In this document: in pieces, positions 1-13,000 of the stretch
Position numbering within the stretch: position 1 is the first letter of the stretch
Layout of the letters: the number at the start of each line of letters is the position of its first letter
From: Auanema rhodensis
Lineage: Eukaryota > Animalia > Nematoda
Assembly: GCA_964057225.1 (NCBI GenBank)
Contig: OZ059895.1
Location: forward strand, 21,948,001 to 22,012,000
Direction: 5' to 3'
DNA length: 64,000 nucleotides
Notes under the pieces: generated by a model
Database searches by the model: none
Told to the model about the DNA's origin: nothing
What the model saw: only the letters and a program-made list of their open reading frames with translations
Made by a program: the position numbers and the translations under genes

Positions 1-3000
1 ATTTTTGTCAAAATGTTTTTGGAAGCAATGTTGAGTGTACATGGAAACTCAACATACACTAATGCATCATTTTTCAAACGATCATAACTAATTTTTGTAT
101 TAAGCGTTTCTCAATGTAGTATAGTGCATTCGATGCGGATTTTTAAGCTGCGTCGATCTGTGTTATCAGATTTGCGCTAGCTTAAAAATGCACCGAGATA
201 TCAACTGATATAAGTTCACACTTATATCCTCGATTTTCACCCTGAAGAATTAATTTTTTCGTTGAATAACATTGTCCATCGTCTTTGCCTTGAAAAAAAA
301 AATCTGAAAACATCTACTTTTTGCTAAATTATTTTGAAATTTTTCGAAAAAATTTTTGTCAAAATGTTTTTGGAAGCAATGTTGAGTGTACATGGAAACT
401 CAACATACACTAATGCATCATTTTTCAAACGATCATAACTAATTTTTGTATTAAGCGTTTCTCAATGTAGTATAGTGCATTCGATGCGGATTTTTAAGCT
501 GCGTCGATCTGTGTTATCAGATTTGCGCTAGCTTAAAAATGCACCGAGATATCAACTGATATAAGTTCACACTTATATCCTCGATTTTCACCCTGAAGAA
601 TTAATTTTTTCGTTGAATAACAATGTCCATCGTCTTCGCCTTGAAAAAAGGAATCTAAAAACATCTACTTTTCGCTAAATTATTTTGAAATTTTTCGAAA
701 AAATTTTTGTCAAAATGTTTTTGGAAGCAATGTTGAGTGTACATGGAAACTCAACATACACTAATGCATCATTTTTCAAACGATCATAACTAATTTTTGT
801 ATTAAGCGTTTCTCAATGTAGTATAGTGAATTCGATGCGGATTTTTAAGCTGCGTCGATCTGTGTTATCAGATTTGCGCTAGCTTAAAAATGCACCGAGA
901 TATCAACTGATATAAGTTCACACTTATATCCTCGATTTTCACCCTGAAGAATTAATTTTTTCGTTGAATAACAATGTCCATCGTCTTCGCCTTGAAAAAA
1001 GGAATCTAAAAACATCTACTTTTCGCTAAATTATTTTGAAATTTTTCGAAAAAATTTTTGTCAAAATGTTTTTGGAAGCAATGTTGAGTGTACATGGAAA
1101 CTCAACATACACTAATGCATCATTTTTCAAACGATCATAACTAATTTTTGTATTAAGCGTTTCTCAATGTAGTATAGTGCATTCGATGCGGATTTTTAAG
1201 CTGCGTCGATCTGTGTTATCAGATTTGCGCTAGCTTAAAAATGCACCGAGATATCAACTGATATAAGTTCACACTTATATCCTCGATTTTCACCCTGAAG
1301 AATTAATTTTTTCGTTGAATAACAATGTCCATCGTCTTTGCCTTGAAAAAAGGAATCTAAAAACATCTACTTTTTGCTAAATTATTCTGAAATTTTTCGA
1401 AAAAATTTTTGTCAAAATGTTTTTGGAAGCAATGTTGAGTGTACATGGAAACTCAACATACACTAATGCATCATTTTTCAAACGATCATAACTAATTTTT
1501 GTATTAAGCGTTTCTCAATGTAGTATAGTGCATTCGATGCGGATTTTTAAGCTGCGTCGATCTGTGTTATCAGATTTGCGCTAGCTTAAAAATGCACCGA
1601 GATATCAACTGATATAAGTTCACACTTATATCCTCGATTTTCACCCTGAAGAATTAATTTTTTCGTTGAATAACATTGTCCATCGTCTTTGCCTTGAAAA
1701 AAAAAATCTGAAAACATCTACTTTTTGCTAAATTATTTTGAAATTTTTCGAAAAAATTTTTGTCAAAATGTTTTTGGAAGCAATGTTGAGTGTACATGGA
1801 AACTCAACATACACTAATGCATCATTTTTCAAACGATCATAACTAATTTTTGTATTAAGCGTTTCTCAATGTAGTATAGTGCATTCGATGCGGATTTTTA
1901 AGCTGCGTCGATCTGTGTTATCAGATTTGCGCTAGCTTAAAAATGCACCGAGATATCAACTGATATAAGTTCACACTTATATCCTCGATTTTCACCCTGA
2001 AGAATTAATTTTTTCGTTGAATAACAATGTCCATCGTCTTCGCCTTGAAAAAAGGAATCTAAAAACATCTACTTTTCGCTAAATTATTTTGAAATTTTTC
2101 GAAAAAATTTTTGTCAAAATGTTTTTGGAAGCAATGTTGAGTGTACATGGAAACTCAACATACACTAATGCATCATTTTTCAAACGATCATAACTAATTT
2201 TTGTATTAAGCGTTTCTCAATGTAGTATAGTGAATTCGATGCGGATTTTTAAGCTGCGTCGATCTGTGTTATCAGATTTGCGCTAGCTTAAAAATACACC
2301 GAGATATCAACTGATATAAGTTCACACTTATATCCTCGATTTTCACCCTGAAGAATTAATTTTTTCGTTGAATAACAATGTCCATCGTCTTCGCCTTGAA
2401 AAAAGGAATCTAAAAACATCTACTTTTTGCTAAATTATTTTGAAATTTTTCGAAAAAATTTTTGTCAAAATGTTTTTGGAAGCAATGTTGAGTGTACATG
2501 GAAACTCAACATACACTAATGCATCATTTTTCGAACGATCATAACTAATTTTTGTATTAAGCGTTTCTCAATGTAGTATAGTGCATTCGATGCGGATTTT
2601 TAAGCTGCGTCGATCTGTGTTATCAGATTTGCGCTAGCTTAAAAATGCACCGAGATATCAACTGATATAAGTTCACACTTATATCCTCGATTTTCACCCT
2701 GAAGAATTAATTTTTTCGTTGAATAACAATGTCCATCGTCTTCGCCTTGAAAAAAGGAATCTAAAAACATCTACTTTTTGCTAAATTATTTTGAAATTTT
2801 TCGAAAAAATTTTTGTCAAAATGTTTTTGGAAGCAATGTTGAGTGTACATGGAAACTCAACATACACTAATGCATCATTTTTCGAACGATCATAACTAAT
2901 TTTTGTATTAAGCGTTTCTCAATGTAGTATAGTGCATTCGATGCGGATTTTTAAGCTGCGTCGATCTGTGTTATCAGATTTGCGCTAGCTTAAAAATGCA

Positions 3001-6000
3001 CCGAGATATCAACTGATATAAGTTCACACTTATATCCTCGATTTTCACCCTGAAGAATTAATTTTTTCGTTGAATAACAATGTCCATCGTCTTCGCCTTG
3101 AAAAAAGGAATCTAAAAACATCTACTTTTTGCTAAATTATTTTGAAATTTTTCGAAAAAATTTTTGTCAAAATGTTTTTGGAAGCAATGTTGAGTGTACA
3201 TGGAAACTCAACATACACTAATGCATCATTTTTCGAACGATCATAACTAATTTTTGTATTAAGCGTTTCTCAATGTAGTATAGTGCATTCGATGCGGATT
3301 TTTAAGCTGCGTCGATCTGTGTTATCAGATTTGCGCTAGCTTAAAAATGCACCGAGATATCAACTGATATAAGTTCACACTTATATCCTCGATTTTCACC
3401 CTGAAGAATTAATTTTTTCGTTGAATAACAATGTCCATCGTCTTCGCCTTGAAAAAAGGAATCTAAAAACATCTACTTTTTGCTAAATTATTTTGAAATT
3501 TTTCGAAAAAATTTTTGTCAAAATGTTTTTGGAAGCAATGTTGAGTGTACATGGAAACTCAACATACACTAATGCATCATTTTTCAAACGATCATAACTA
3601 ATTTTTGTATTAAGCGTTTCTCAATGTAGTATAGTGCATTCGATGCGGATTTTTAAGCTGCGTCGATCTGTGTTATCAGATTTGCGCTAGCTTAAAAATG
3701 CACCGAGATATCAACTGATATAAGTTCACACTTATATCCTCGATTTTCACCCTGAAGAATTAATTTTTTCGTTGAATAACATTGTCCATCGTCTTTGCCT
3801 TGAAAAAAAAAATCTGAAAACATCTACTTTTTGCTAAATTATTTTGAAATTTTTCGAAAAAATTTTTGTCAAAATGTTTTTGGAAGCAATGTTGAGTGTA
3901 CATGGAAACTCAACATACACTAATGCATCATTTTTCAAACGATCATAACTAATTTTTGTATTAAGCGTTTCTCAATGTAGTATAGTGCATTCGATGCGGA
4001 TTTTTAAGCTGCGTCGATCTGTGTTATCAGATTTGCGCTAGCTTAAAAATGCACCGAGATATCAACTGATATAAGTTCACACTTATATCCTCGATTTTCA
4101 CCCTGAAGAATTAATTTTTTCGTTGAATAACAATGTCCATCGTCTTTGCCTTGAAAAAAGGAATCTAAAAACATCTACTTTTTGCTAAATTATTCTGAAA
4201 TTTTTCGAAAAAATTTTTGTCAAAATGTTTTTGGAAGCAATGTTGAGTGTACATGGAAACTCAACATACACTAATGCATCATTTTTCAAACGATCATAAC
4301 TAATTTTTGTATTAAGCGTTTCTCAATGTAGTATAGTGCATTCGATGCGGATTTTTAAGCTGCGTCGATCTGTGTTATCAGATTTGCGCTAGCTTAAAAA
4401 TGCACCGAGATATCAACTGATATAAGTTCACACTTATATCCTCGATTTTCACCCTGAAGAATTAATTTTTTCGTTGAATAACATTGTCCATCGTCTTTGC
4501 CTTGAAAAAAAAAATCTGAAAACATCTACTTTTTGCTAAATTATTTTGAAATTTTTCGAAAAAATTTTTGTCAAAATGTTTTTGGAAGCAATGTTGAGTG
4601 TACATGGAAACTCAACATACACTAATGCATCATTTTTCAAACGATCATAACTAATTTTTGTATTAAGCGTTTCTCAATGTAGTATAGTGCATTCGATGCG
4701 GATTTTTAAGCTGCGTCGATCTGTGTTATCAGATTTGCGCTAGCTTAAAAATGCACCGAGATATCAACTGATATAAGTTCACACTTATATCCTCGATTTT
4801 CACCCTGAAGAATTAATTTTTTCGTTGAATAACATTGTCCATCGTCTTTGCCTTGAAAAAAAAAATCTGAAAACATCTACTTTTTGCTAAATTATTTTGA
4901 AATTTTTCGAAAAAATTTTTGTCAAAATGTTTTTGGAAGCAATGTTGAGTGTACATGGAAACTCAACATACACTAATGCATCATTTTTCAAACGATCATA
5001 ACTAATTTTTGTATTAAGCGTTTCTCAATGTAGTATAGTGGATTCGATGCGGATTTTTAAGCTGCGTCGATCTGTGTTATCAGATTTGCGCTAGCTTAAA
5101 AATGCACCGAGATATCAACTGATATAAGTTCACACTTATATCCTCGATTTTCACCCTGAAGAATTAATTTTTTCGTTGAATAACAATGTCCATCGTCTTC
5201 GCCTTGAAAAAAGGAATCTAAAAACATCTACTTTTCGCTAAATTATTTTGAAATTTTTCGAAAAAATTTTTGTCAAAATGTTTTTGGAAGCAATGTTGAG
5301 TGTACATGGAAACTCAACATACACTAATGCATCATTTTTCAAACGATCATAACTAATTTTTGTATTAAGCGTTTCTCAATGTAGTATAGTGAATTCGATG
5401 CGGATTTTTAAGCTGCGTCGATCTGTGTTATCAGATTTGCGCTAGCCTAAAAATGCACCGAGATATCAACTGATATAAGTTCACACTTATATCCTCGATT
5501 TTCACCCTGAAGAATTAATTTTTTCGTTGAATAACAATGTCCATCGTCTTCGCCTTGAAAAAAGGAATCTAAAAACATCTACTTTTTGCTAAATTATTTT
5601 GAAATTTTTCGAAAAAATTTTTGTCAAAATGTTTTTGGAAGCAATGTTGAGTGTACATGGAAACTCAACATACACTAATGCATCATTTTTCGAACGATCA
5701 TAACTAATTTTTGTATTAAGCGTTTCTCAATGTAGTATAGTGCATTCGATGCGGATTTTTAAGCTGCGTCGATCTGTGTTATCAGATTTGCGCTAGCTTA
5801 AAAATGCACCGAGATATCAACTGATATAAGTTCACACTTATATCCTCGATTTTCACCCTGAAGAATTAATATTTTCGTTGAATAACAATGTCCATCGTCT
5901 TCGCCTTGAAAAAAGGAATCTAAAAACATCTACTTTTTGCTAAATTATTTTGAAATTTTTCGAAAAAATTTTTGTCAAAATGTTTTTGGAAGCAATGTTG

Positions 6001-9000
6001 AGTGTACATGGAAACTCAACATACACTAATGCATCATTTTTCGAACGATCATAACTAATTTTTGTATTAAGCGTTTCTCAATGTAGTATAGTGCATTCGA
6101 TGCGGATTTTTAAGCTGCGTCGATCTGTGTTATCAGATTTGCGCTAGCTTAAAAATGCACCGAGATATCAACTGATATAAGTTCACACTTATATCCTCGA
6201 TTTTCACCCTGAAGAATTAATTTTTTCGTTGAATAACAATGTCCATCGTCTTCGCCTTGAAAAAAGGAATCTAAAAACATCTACTTTTTGCTAAATTATT
6301 TTGAAATTTTTCGAAAAAATTTTTGTCAAAATGTTTTTGGAAGCAATGTTGAGTGTACATGGAAACTCAACATACACTAATGCATCATTTTTCAAACGAT
6401 CATAACTAATTTTTGTATTAAGCGTTTCTCAATGTAATATAGTGCATTCGATGCGGATTTTTAAGCTGCGTCGATCTGTGTTATCAGATTTGCGCTAGCT
6501 TAAAAATGCACCGAGATATCAACTGATATAAGTTCACACTTATATCCTCGATTTTCACCCTGAAGAATTAATTTTTTCGTTGAATAACAATGTCCATCGT
6601 CTTCGCCTTGAAAAAAGGAATCTAAAAACATCTACTTTTTGCTAAATTATTTTGAAATTTTTCGAAAAAATTTTTGTCAAAATGTTTTTGGAAGCAATGT
6701 TGAGTGTACATGGAAACTCAACATACACTAATGCATCATTTTTCAAACGATCATAACTAATTTTTGTATTAAGCGTTTCTCAATGTAGTATAGTGCATTC
6801 GATGCGGATTTTTAAGCTGCGTCGATCTGTGTTATCAGATTTGCGCTAGCTTAAAAATGCACCGAGATATCAACTGATATAAGTTCACACTTATATCCTC
6901 GATTTTCACCCTGAAGAATTAATTTTTTCGTTGAATAACAATGTCCATCGTCTTCGCCTTGAAAAAAGGAATCTAAAAACGGCTACTTTTTGCTAAATTA
7001 TTTTGAAATTTTTCGAAAAAATTTTTGTCAAAATGTTTTTGGAAGCAATGTTGAGTGTACATGGAAACTCAACATACACTAATGCATCATTTTTCAAACG
7101 ATCATAACTAATTTTTGTATTAAGCGTTTCTTAATGTAGTATAGTGCATTCGATGCGGATTTTTAAGCTGCGTCGATCTGTGTTATCAGATTTGCGCTAG
7201 CTTAAAAATGCACCGAGATATCAACTGATATAAGTTCACACTTATATCCTCGATTTTCACCCTGAAGAATTAATTTTTTTGTTGAATAACATTGTCCAAC
7301 GTCTTTGCCTTGAAAAAAGGAATTTAAAAACATCTACTTTTTGCTAAATTATTTCGAAATTTTTCGAAAAAATTTTTGTCAAAATGTTTTTGGAAGCAAT
7401 GTTGAGTGTACATGGAAACTCAACATACACTAATGCATCATTTTTCAAACGATCATAACTAATTTTTGTATTAAGCGTTTCTCAATGTAGTATAGTGCAT
7501 TCGATGCGGATTTTTAAGCTGCGTCGATCTGTGTTATCAGATTTGCGCTAGCTTAAAAATGCACCGAGATATCAACTGATATAAGTTCACACTTATATCC
7601 TCGATTTTCACCCTGAAGAATTAATTTTTTCGTTGAATAACAATGTCCATCGTCTTCGCCTTGAAAAAAGGAATCTAAAAACGGCTACTTTTTGCTAAAT
7701 TATTTTGAAATTTTTCGAAAAAATTTTTGTCAAAATGTTTTTGGAAGCAATGTTGAGTGTACATGGAAACTCAACATACACTAATGCATCATTTTTCAAA
7801 CGATCATAACTAATTTTTGTATTAAGCGTTTCTCAATGTAGTATAGTGCATTCGAAGCGGATTTTTAAGCTGCGTCGATCTGTGTTATCAGATTTGCGCT
7901 AGCTTAAAAATGCACCGAGATATCAACTGATATAAGTTCACACTTATATCCTCGATTTTCACCCTGAAGAATTAATTTTTTCGTTGAATAACAATGTCCA
8001 TCGTCTTCGCCTTGAAAAAAGGAATCTAAAAACATCTACTTTTTGCTAAATTATTTTGAAATTTTTCGAAAAAATTTTTGTCAAAATGTTTTTGGAAGCA
8101 ATGTTGAGTGTACATGGAAACTCAACATACACTAATGCATCATTTTTCAAACGATCATAACTAATTTTTGTATTAAGCGTTTCTCAATGTAGTATAGTGC
8201 ATTCGATGCGGATTTTTAAGCTGCGTCGATCTGTGTTATCAGATTTGCGCTAGCTTAAAAATGCACCGAGATATCAACTGATATAAGTTCACACTTATAT
8301 CCTCGATTTTCACCCTGAAGAATTAATTTTTTTGTTGAATAACATTGTCCAACGTCTTTGCCTTGAAAAAAGGAATCTAAAAACATCTACTTTTTGCTAA
8401 ATTATTTTGAAATTTTTCGAAAAAATTTTTGTCAAAATGTTTTTGGAAGCAATGTTGAGTGTACATGGAAACTCAACATACACTAATGCATCATTTTTCA
8501 AACGATCATAACTAATTTTTGTATTAAGCGTTTCTCAATGTAGTATAGTGCATTCGATGCGGATTTTTAAGCTGCGTCGATCTGTGTTATCAGATTTGCG
8601 CTAGCTTAAAAATGCACCGAGATATCAACTGATATAAGTTCACACTTATATCCTCGATTTTCACCCTGAAGAATTAATTTTTTCGTTGAATAACAATGTC
8701 CATCGTCTTCGCCTTGAAAAAAGGAATCTAAAAACGGCTACTTTTCGCTAAATTATTCTGAAATTTTTCGAAAAAATTTTTGTCAAAATGTTTTTGGAAG
8801 CAATGTTGAGTGTACATGGAAACTCAACATACACTAATGCATCATTTTTCAAACGATCATAACTAATTTTTGTATTAAGCGTTTCTCAATGTAGTATAGT
8901 GCATTCGATGCGGATTTTTAAGCTGCGTCGATCTGTGTTATCAGATTTGCGCTAGCTTAAAAATGCACCGAGATATCAACTGATATAAGTTCACACTTAT

Positions 9001-10023
9001 ATCCTCGATTTTCACCCTGAAGAATTAATTTTTTCGTTGAATAACAATGTCCATCGTCTTCGCCTTGAAAAAAGGAATCTAAAAACATCTACTTTTTGCT
9101 AAATTATTTTGAAATTTTTCGAAAAAATTTTTGTCAAAATGTTTTTGGAAGCAATGTTGAGTGTACATGGAAACTCAACATACACTAATGCATCATTTTT
9201 CAAACGATCATAACTAATTTTTGTATTAAGCGTTTCTCAATGTAGTATAGTGCATTCGATGCGGATTTTTAAGCTGCGTCGATCTGTGTTATCAGATTTG
9301 CGCTAGCTTAAAAATGCACCGAGATATCAACTGATATAAGTTCACACTTATATCCTCGATTTTCACCCTGAAGAATTAATTTTTTCGTTGAATAACAATG
9401 TCCATCGTCTTCGCCTTGAAAAAAGGAATCTAAAAACGGCTACTTTTCGCTAAATTATTCTGAAATTTTTCGAAAAAATTTTTGTCAAAATGTTTTTGGA
9501 AGCAATGTTGAGTGTACATGGAAACTCAACATACACTAATGCATCATTTTTCAAACGATCATAACTAATTTTTGTATTAAGCGTTTCTCAATGTAGTATA
9601 GTGCATTCGATGCGGATTTTTAAGCTGCGTCGATCTGTGTTATCAGATTTGCGCTAGCTTAAAAATGCACCGAGATATCAACTGATATAAGTTCACACTT
9701 ATATCCTCGATTTTCACCCTGAAGAATTAATTTTTTCGTTGAATAACAATGTCCATCGTCTTCGCCTTGAAAAAAGGAATCTAAAAACATCTACTTTTTG
9801 CTAAATTATTTTGAAATTTTTCGAAAAAATTTTTGTCAAAATGTTTTTGGAAGCAATGTTGAGTGTACATGGAAACTCAACATACACTAATGCATCATTT
9901 TTCAAACGATCATAACTAATTTTTGTATTAAGCGTTTCTCAATGTAGTATAGTGCATTCGATGCGGATTTTTAAGCTGCGTCGATCTGTGTTATCAGATT
10001 TGCGCTAGCTTAAAAATGCACCG
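1..10023. repeat. Satellite family A, 351-bp monomer, about 28.5 head-to-tail copies (continues beyond window start)
   Basis: ATTTTTGTCAAAATG recurs at 1, 352, 703 ... 3511 (10x351+1) and 7021 (20x351+1). Copies differ by only a few substitutions. The array ends mid-monomer at ...AAAAATGCACCG (monomer position 195). Confidence 0.98.
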
Positions 10024-10040
10024 TTTTTTTTTGTTTCTTG
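10021..10040. other. A/B satellite junction with a 7-nt oligo-T filler
   Basis: The sequence reads ...GCACCG|TTTTTTT|TTGTTTCTTG. A consensus would continue AGATATC, and B consensus upstream would be ...AATTTCA. Confidence 0.9.
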
Positions 10041-13000
10041 TAATATTGGATTTGATTATTGCTTCGTTTATTTTGAGATTTTGCTTCTGCATAGCTTCAG
10101 TGCTCTAGCTGGTTTTCCATTTTTATGAGATTTTTCATCATCTTACAACAAATTCATTTAAATCTAACATGAATTATTTTTTCGTTTTAAAAAGCATTGA
10201 ATTTCATTGTTTCTTGTAATATTGGATTTGATTATTGCTTCGTTTGTTTTAAGATTTTTGCTTCTGCATAGCTTCAGTTTGCTGCTTTAGCTGGTTTTCA
10301 CTTTTTATGAGATTTTTCATCATCTTACAACAAATTCATTTAAATCTAACATGAATTATTTTTTCGTTTTAAAAAGCATTGAATTTCAGTGTTTCTTGTA
10401 ATATCGGATTTGATTATTGCTTTGTTAGCTTTAAGATTTTTGCTACTACATGTGCTGTGTTTACTGCTCTAGCTGGTTTTCACTTTTTATGAGATTTTTC
10501 ATCATCTTACAACAAATTCATTTAAATCTAACATGAATTATTTTTTCGTTTTAAAAAGCATTGAATTTCAGTGTTTCTTGTAATATCGGATTTGATTATT
10601 GCTTTGTTAGCTTTAAGATTTTTGCTACTACATGTGCTGTGTTTACTGCTCTAGCTGGTTTTCACTTTTTATGAGATTTTTCATCATCTTACAACAAATT
10701 CATTTAAATCTAACATGAATTATTTTTTCGTTTGAAAAAGCATTGAATTTCATTGTTTCTTGTAATATTGGATTTGATTATTGCTTTGTTAGCTTTAAAA
10801 TTTTTGCTACTACATGTCCTGTGTTTACTGCTCTAGCTGGTTTTCCATTTTTATGAGATTTTTCATCATCTTACAACAAATTCATTTGAATCTAATATGA
10901 ATTATTTTTTCGTTTTAAAAAGCATTGAATTTCATTGTTTCTTGTAATATTGGATTTGATTATTGCTTTGTTAGCTTTAAAATTTTTGCTACTACATGTC
11001 CTGTGTTTACTGCTCTAGCTGGTTTTCACTTTTTATGAGATTTTTCATCATCTTACAACAAATTCATTTAAATCTAACATGAATTACTTTTTCGTTTTAA
11101 AAAGCATTGAATTTCATTGTTTCTTGTAATATTGGATTTGATTATTGCTTTGTTTGTTTTAAGATTTTGCTTCTGCATAGCTTCAGTGCTCTAGCTGGTT
11201 TTCACTTTTTATGAGATTTTTCATCATCTTACAACAAATTCATTTAAATCTAACATGAATTATTTTTTCGTTTTAAAAAGCATTGAATTTCATTGTTTCT
11301 TGTAATATTGGATTTGATTATTGCTTCGTTTGTTTTAAGATTTTGCTTCTGCATAGCTTTAGTGCTCTAGCTGGTTTTCACTTTTTATGAGATTTTTCAT
11401 CATCTTACAACAAATTCATTTAAATCTAACATGAATTATTTTTTCGTTTTAAAAAGCATTGAATTTTATTGTTTCTTGTAATATTGGATTTGATTATTGC
11501 TTCGTTTGTTTTAAGATTTTGCTTCTGCATGTCCTGTGTTTACTGCTCTAGCTGGTTTTCACTTTTTATGAGATTTTTCATCATCTTACAACAAATTCAT
11601 TTAAATCTAACATGAATTATTTTTTCGTTTTAAAAAGCATTGAATTTCATTTTTTCTTGTAATATTGGATTTGATTATTGCTTCGTTTGTTTTAAGATTT
11701 TGCTTCTGCATAGCTTCAGTGCTCTAGCTGGTTTTCCATTTTTATGAGATTTTTCATCATCTTACAAGAAATTCAATTGAATCTAACATGAATTATTTTT
11801 TCGTTTTAAAAAGCACTGAATTTCATTGTTTCTTGTAATATTGGATTTGATTATTGCTTTGTTAGTTTTAAGATTTTTGCTACTACATGTGCTGTGTTTA
11901 CTGCTCTAGCTGGTTTTCACTTTTTATGAGATTTTTCATCATCTTACAACAAATTCATTTGAATCTAATATGAATTATTTCTTCGTTTTAAAAAGCATTG
12001 AATTTCATTGTTTCTTGTAATATTGGATTTGATTATTGCTTCGTTTATTTTGAGATTTTGCTTCTGCATAGCTTCAGTGCTCTAGCTGGTTTTCCATTTT
12101 TATGAGATTTTTCATCATCTTACAACAAATTCATTTAAATCTAACATGAATTATTTTTTCGTTTTAAAAAGCATTGAATTTCATTGTTTCTTGTAATATT
12201 GGATTTGATTATTGCTTCGTTTGTTTTAAGATTTTTGCTTCTGCATAGCTTCAGTTTGCTGCTTTAGCTGGTTTTCACTTTTTATGAGATTTTTCATCAT
12301 CTTACAACAAATTCATTTAAATCTAACATGAATTATTTTTTCGTTTTAAAAAACATTGAATTTCAGTGTTTCTTGTAATATCGGATTTGATTATTGCTTT
12401 GTTAGCTTTAAGATTTTTGCTACTACATGTGCTGTGTTTACTGCTCTAGCTGGTTTTCACTTTTTATGAGATTTTTCATCATCTTACAACAAATTCATTT
12501 GAATCTAATATGAATTATTTTTTCGTTTTAAAAAGCATTGAATTTCATTGTTTCTTGTAATATTGGATTTGATTATTGCTTCGTTTATTTTGAGATTTTG
12601 CTTCTGCATAGCTTCAGTGCTCTAGCTGGTTTTCCATTTTTATGAGATTTTTCATCATCTTACAACAAATTCATTTAAATCTAACATGAATTATTTTTTC
12701 GTTTTAAAAAGCATTGAATTTCATTGTTTCTTGTAATATTGGATTTGATTATTGCTTCGTTTGTTTTAAGATTTTGCTTCTGCATAGCTTCAGTGCTCTA
12801 GCTGGTTTTCCATTTTTATGAGATTTTTCATCATCTTACAAGAAATTCAATTGAATCTAACATGAATTATTTTTTCGTTTTAAAAAGCACTGAATTTCAT
12901 TGTTTCTTGTAATATTGGATTTGATTATTGCTTTGTTAGCTTTAAGATTTTTGCTACTACATGTGCTGTGTTTACTGCTCTAGCTGGTTTTCACTTTTTA

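Noticed and set aside
257-273. Canonical CENP-B box
   Set aside because: Only TTCG and the central A of nTTCGnnnnAnnCGGGn match. The required CGGG is absent in both A and B.
242-300. Hammerhead ribozyme in satellite A (CTGAAGA matches CUGANGA)
   Set aside because: I could not form a stem II closed by a following GAAA, nor stems I and III with a cleavage triplet. An Infernal/Rfam search would be decisive.
1-10023. Tandem 5S rRNA, tRNA or snRNA gene array
   Set aside because: I recognise no 5S, tRNA cloverleaf or snRNA sequence in the 351-bp unit. The hairpins do not match those folds by eye.
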